Below are positions 55,390-61,300 of a stretch of DNA of 64,000 nucleotides, piece by piece; within the stretch, counting starts at the first letter, position 1, and each line of letters opens with the position of its first letter. Source of the DNA: Octopus vulgaris (lineage: Eukaryota). The DNA lies in contig OX597822.1 of NCBI GenBank assembly GCA_951406725.2, forward strand, positions 36,952,001 to 37,016,000, written 5' to 3'. The notes beneath the pieces were generated by a model. The model did no database searches. It was not told where the DNA came from and saw only the letters and a list, made by a program, of their open reading frames with translations. The position numbers and the translations under genes are program-made.

Positions 55390-58300
55390 GTGAGCCAAAA
55401 AGTAATGCTATTTTGTTTAGGACAGGTATAAACAGGTATAAACACAGGAACATGTATCATACATCAAACTGAAGCTGGTCCTCTGTGGATCACATCCTTA
55501 CTCCTCAACATAGTCACCGTTTCTCTCAATAGCAATGTTCCACTTCCGAAGGAGAGCATGTATCCTTGCCCCGTAAAATTCTGTTGAATGTTTTTTGAGC
55601 CACTTCTTCACAACATTTTTCACTTCCTTGTCACTGGAATAATGTTTGCCTCTCAAACCCTCTTTCATGGGGCTGAAGAGATGATAATGTGAAGGCACTA
55701 AATTATTCCAGTGACAAGGAAGTGAAAACTGTAGTGAAGAAGTGGCTCAAAGAAGAGTCAACAGAATTTTATGAGGCAGGGATGCATGCTCTCATTCAAA
55801 AGTGGAACATTGATATTGAGAGAAACGGTCACTATGTTGAGGAGTAGGGATGTGATCTACAGAGGACCAGCTTCATTTTGATGTATGATACGTAAAAGCA
55901 CCGTCCGTTCGTGGCCGTTTGCCAGCTCTGTCTGGCCCCGTGTCGGTGGCACGTAAAAGCACCATCCGTTCGTGTTCGTTGTCAGCCTCGGCTGGCCCCC
56001 GTGCCGGTGACACGTAACAGCACCGTCCGTTCATGGCCGTTTGCCAGCTCTGTCTGGCCCCGTGTCGGTGGCACGTAAAAGCACCATCCGTTCGTGTCCG
56101 TTGCTAGCATCGCCTGGCCCCGTGCCGGTGACACGTAAAAGCACCATCCGTTCGTGGCCGTTTGCCAGCTCTGTCTGGCACCTGTGCAGGTGGCACGTAA
56201 AAAACACCCACTACACTTGTGGAGTGGTTGGCATTAGGAAGGGCATCCAGCCGTAGAAACACTGCCAGATCTGACTGGGCCTGACAAAGCCTTCCAGCTT
56301 CACAGACCCCAGTTGACCTGTCCAACCCATGCTAGCATGGAAAGCGGATGCTAAATGATGATGATGATGATGATACATGTTCCTGTGTTGGTAATTATAC
56401 CTGTCCTAAACAAAATGGCATTACTTTTTGACTCACCCTCATGTGTATATATATATATATATGACAGGCTTCTTTTAGTTTCCATCTACCAAATTCATTA
56501 ATGAGGCTTAGGTCAGCCAGGAGCTATAAAGTAGAAAACACTCGCCCAAGGTTCCACGCAGTAGGACTGAACCCAAAACCATATGGTTGGGAAGCAAACA
56601 TTCTACCACACAGCCAGATATAAAAGTGAAGAGTATCAACTTACCCGCCATACTTAGCATACCAAGCTCGGTCATAACATAGGGCACAGAGACGTTCTAC
56701 CAAATACTCAAAAAATGGCAGCTGGCAAGCCTGAAAGAGTGGAAGGAGGAGTTGACAAGATACAGAAGAGGGAATTGGTCACAATAAACATGATTAGATT
56801 AATATGGGAATATAGTGGTAATATGTATATGGTGTCGAGTACATATGTCTGTATGCATGTATGTGTGTGAGGCCTTCTGTGTTTGTTGTCAAATCATATG
56901 CTTGTGTGTGTGTGTGTGCATGTAGACATCCATGAATGTTGATCACTCATCACCCATCCACATGTGTGCATGAACGTATGCTTGTATACATGTGTTCATG
57001 TTGTCTATTTGTGTGTGCATAATCACGTTCATCTGTGTGTGTATGTCATGTGTATGTATGTGTGATCATGTGTATGTATGTGTGATCACACATACATACA
57101 CACATGTATGTATGTGTGATCTGTATGTGTGTGTATCCAAATATGTGTGCATTCTAGAGTGTGTTGTCCACCTGACCATACATGTGTATATCCATCCCCA
57201 AAGAGTTTACATGCAAAGGAAACCTTCTGATATAATAAACAGTTGGAGTGAAGATGGTGAAGAATTATACATGATGAATAGTTCTCGATGGAAATAATAA
57301 AGAGGTACTTACACGTTCTTGTGAGCCCAAAATGATTGTGGCAGTATTTAGAATGAGCATCAAGGCAACAGTTCCTGGTTTGCAGAGTTCCTTCTCTTCA
57401 TGTCCCATCACAGCAGCTATAGCATCAACCAATATCTGAGTATCGATTCCTTGCAGTTTGTTCTGCTTCTCCCCAACTGGGAATGGACCTACAAGAGGAA
57501 TGGTACAGATGGCAATTCCAGCAGGGCAAGCAAGAAACAGGAAACTAGCGGCATGAATAAAGTGTTGCTGACAAAATAAGGAGTATTTGTGTTTCCCTGG
57601 CAATGCAGTTCAGTCTCTAAGCCTTCAGTATAGGACAAACCCCCAGTCAACAAAGAAGAGGCGCAGCAACAGAAATAGGAAGGGAAATTCTGAAATTCAG
57701 AAAGCTCAAATGTGTGTCAGGGTGGGGGGGTTAAGGTGTTAATACCTTTCACCACTTTTTCAACCACTTGCCTGACATTTAGCACAACACTCATATAGAG
57801 GGACTTAGCCAAGTGTACCCAAGACACATTATCATGGGCCTGGCACGTAAAAAGCACCCACTACACTCAGAGTGGTTGGCGTTAGGAAGGGCATCCAGCT
57901 GTAGAAACTCTGCCAAATCAAGATTGGAGCCTGGTGCAACCATCTGGTTCGCCAGCCCTCAGTCAAAATCGTCCAACCCATGCTAGCATGGAAAGCGGAC
58001 GTTAAACGATGATGATGATGACCACCAAGTAGTAAGCTTTCACACTGAAGCCCAAACAAAGATGACATTGAGGGTATATTGTAATGATGATGATGATAAC
58101 AATGATAGCTGCCACAAGCATCGTCATCAGCATCACTGTACAGTTCTTTTTCCATATTTGCATTGGTTAATCAAGTCTTTTCCAATAGCGCATTCCATCA
58201 TTTGTTGCATTCTTACAGGCATTCAGCCTGTAAAACGATATCAAACTTATGCAAAACACCATTGCAATGAATCATGATCATCATCATCATCATTTAACAT

Positions 58301-61300
58301 CTGTTATCCATGCTGGTATGGGTTGGATGGTTTGACCAGAGCTGGCAAGCTGAGGAGCTGTACCAGACTCCAGTCTCACTTGGCTTTCAGTCTGATTTGT
58401 TTCTACGGCTGGAAGCCCTTCCTAACACCAATCACTTTACAGAGTGTGCTGGGTGCTTTTACATGGCACTACCTGGCACTTTTACATGGTGTCACACTGG
58501 CACTTTTACATGTCATCACACAGACACTTTTACTTGGCACCCCACGGGTGCTTTTATGTGGCACCACCAGAAGTGCTTTACACTTCTGTTGTGGGGTATG
58601 GAATTTCTTAAGTACAGCCAAGCACCAGGTAGCTCGATCCTTGATGAATATTAATATTCAACAAGAAAGTATTACAATCTCAAAAAGTAGGGAATTACAT
58701 TCTCATCAAGGGAGTATTACATTCTCAACAAGGAGGTATTATATTTGTTTTTACAACCTAGTGAGAGTATGAAGAGCAGCATTTATGAATGCTCAACAGG
58801 GCCAAGAGGTTGAGGTGATGGGAGTAATCATTACTCATACAGTGGCACTTTAGGAAGTAGCATGCTATGATACTGAGTTAATCTCAGACTGGAGAACTGA
58901 TCTGAATGCTTGCAACAAAGTGGATTCATTGAGAAGAACCAAAAGGTGAGGTGAAAGGTTTGGGGGTTATTTATAAAAGACAAAATGTTAAAAGAATAAA
59001 CATGCTTACCACATTGATGAGAAATAGCAACCATTGTGTAGTGCCGAACCATGCATCCCATAAATGAAAGAACAGGATTACGGAGTTCTTTGATAGCAGC
59101 AGCCACTGGAAAAACAAATGTAAATATTCCTTTGATAATAGACAATTTTTTTAAAAATTTTCATTAATATTTGATTAATGTATTAATTCATTATCATTTT
59201 AACATCCACTTTTCCATGCTTGCATGGGTTGGTTGGAGTTTATTGAGACAGATTTAGTACAGCTGGATGCCCTTCATGCCACCAATCCTTAACTGTTTTC
59301 GAGCAAGGTAATATTTCTCTCATGGCCAGACATGGTCTTGCAGAATACTGGAAATGAGTGACACAGCTTTTATGATGGTAACAACCATTTACAACTATCA
59401 CACAATGTCATGGCAAGGACACACACACACAATGGGCTTTTTACAGTTTTTGTCTACCAAATCCACTCACAAGGCTGTGGTCGCCTCGAAATATAGTGGA
59501 AAAAACTTGCCCAAGGTGTCATGCAGTGGGACTGCACCTGGAATCACAACCACATTTCAAAAATTGAACAATCGTGTGTTTTCATTTTTTCATTATTTTT
59601 AACAATGATTTTGTCCATTTATAACATTTTTATCTATTTGGAACCATGTGGTTGGGAAGCAAATTTCTTACCACATAGTTATGCTTGCCTATGAAAGTCA
59701 AAGTGAATCATTGTAGAATTAGAACAAAGTAAGGATATATAAATAAACTCCATAAAGTAATCTGCCTGGCATTTCACCACTTCTGTCACTCCGCCTTTTA
59801 ATTTCATTCTTTGTAAAAAAGATGACAAAAAAAAAAGTCAAAATGTCAATAAGAGGTGTTTACTTACCAAACATTCCTGTAAGAGCTTGTTCATGAACCT
59901 TGCGTAGGTTGGCGTCAGGATTTTTGTATAGGGGTCCAGAATGAACAGGGATCTCTTTTTCTGTGAAGCTGTAAATGTTCATAACATAACAGAAACAAAA
60001 ATGAGAGACAGTTTTATAGTGAATAGGCTTTGAGCTTCTTCATTGCATTGTCTTGGTTTAACAGTGAAAGGTGATTTTTCTGAATATATAATCTAAGCCT
60101 TCATAGACTAGACACCAAAATTTTATTTTATGTATGTATAAATAAATAAATATATATATATATACATATATATGTAGATATGCATGTCTTTGCATATCCC
60201 TAGATTAGTCCTGGTCAAGCAGATCTTTGATCTGTAGATGTTTACATCAACTATGTATGACATAAATCTCACCAGACTGGATGGGCCTACTTCTGTTCCT
60301 TCCCCACTGACTAATATATATAAAATAGGTCTAACATATCACCCTATTTAACACAAACTCCTGGTCATGTGGTGCCTACATTAGACAGTAGGCTAGCATA
60401 CTGTTTGGTTTAACAACACCACCATCTTTTATTGGGTACCTTTGTATTGAGTGCTTCACTCTGTTGCCAACATTTGAAGCAAATTTGTTCATCCAGTCAT
60501 GTTTTTCTTGTTGGTGTTGACCTACAAATGCTCAGGTTGTTTCAGCAGTCAGAGAGGGCCTACAAACATCTTGGTCACCCAACCTACCTACTTCTGAAGA
60601 GTTTACTAACAAATTGATTTGTGCAGCAGGTATACTGACCTGTTGTGTGCGAAGAGATGCTGAAGAGATTGGCGGCTGTCATCTAGACTCATGGCTGATA
60701 CCAAGAAACAGCGAATCAGTTCCCAAGACTGTCGCAATACAAAAGCATTTGTTGTACTACACTTCAGGTTGGACAAAGCAGTGTCAATGGCCTGTGTAAT
60801 AGAACAGAATAAAAAGAAATTATAATATTATTACAGTTTAATTTGGATTTATGTCAAAACAATGAATGATTATCTTGCACACTCTCTCTCCAAAATGCAT
60901 GTACCTAAAACACAGAGACAAACATCAAGAAACATTGTACCACTCACACACAATTCTATTTCGTTTCGCAATCACATTCACTCCACCCCAGTTTTCCTGC
61001 AAACATTCTCAGTGAAGTATGATACACAGTCTATTGCTCTTTTGCTGAGAGAAATATAATGTATGTCAGATATGAACTTTGCAAAATTTCTTTTATTCAC
61101 AAAGAGGAAAAAATCTAACAAATTTATGTCGGGTGTGGCTTAAACAAGAATTCCATATCTCTGAAAACTTGCTCTTAACACACCCTTAACCTTTTTGTTA
61201 CCATATTTCTGTTGAGATACTCTGTATTTCTTTCAATTAATTTTAAGTATAACAAAGAATTTAGTAAAATAACTTAGTTATCATTAAGCTAATGTTAGGA

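Noticed and set aside
55891-56200. CRISPR-like periodic array
   Set aside because: Units repeat in full with no unique spacers, sit inside a TSD-flanked retroposon in a eukaryotic intron, and no cas genes are present.
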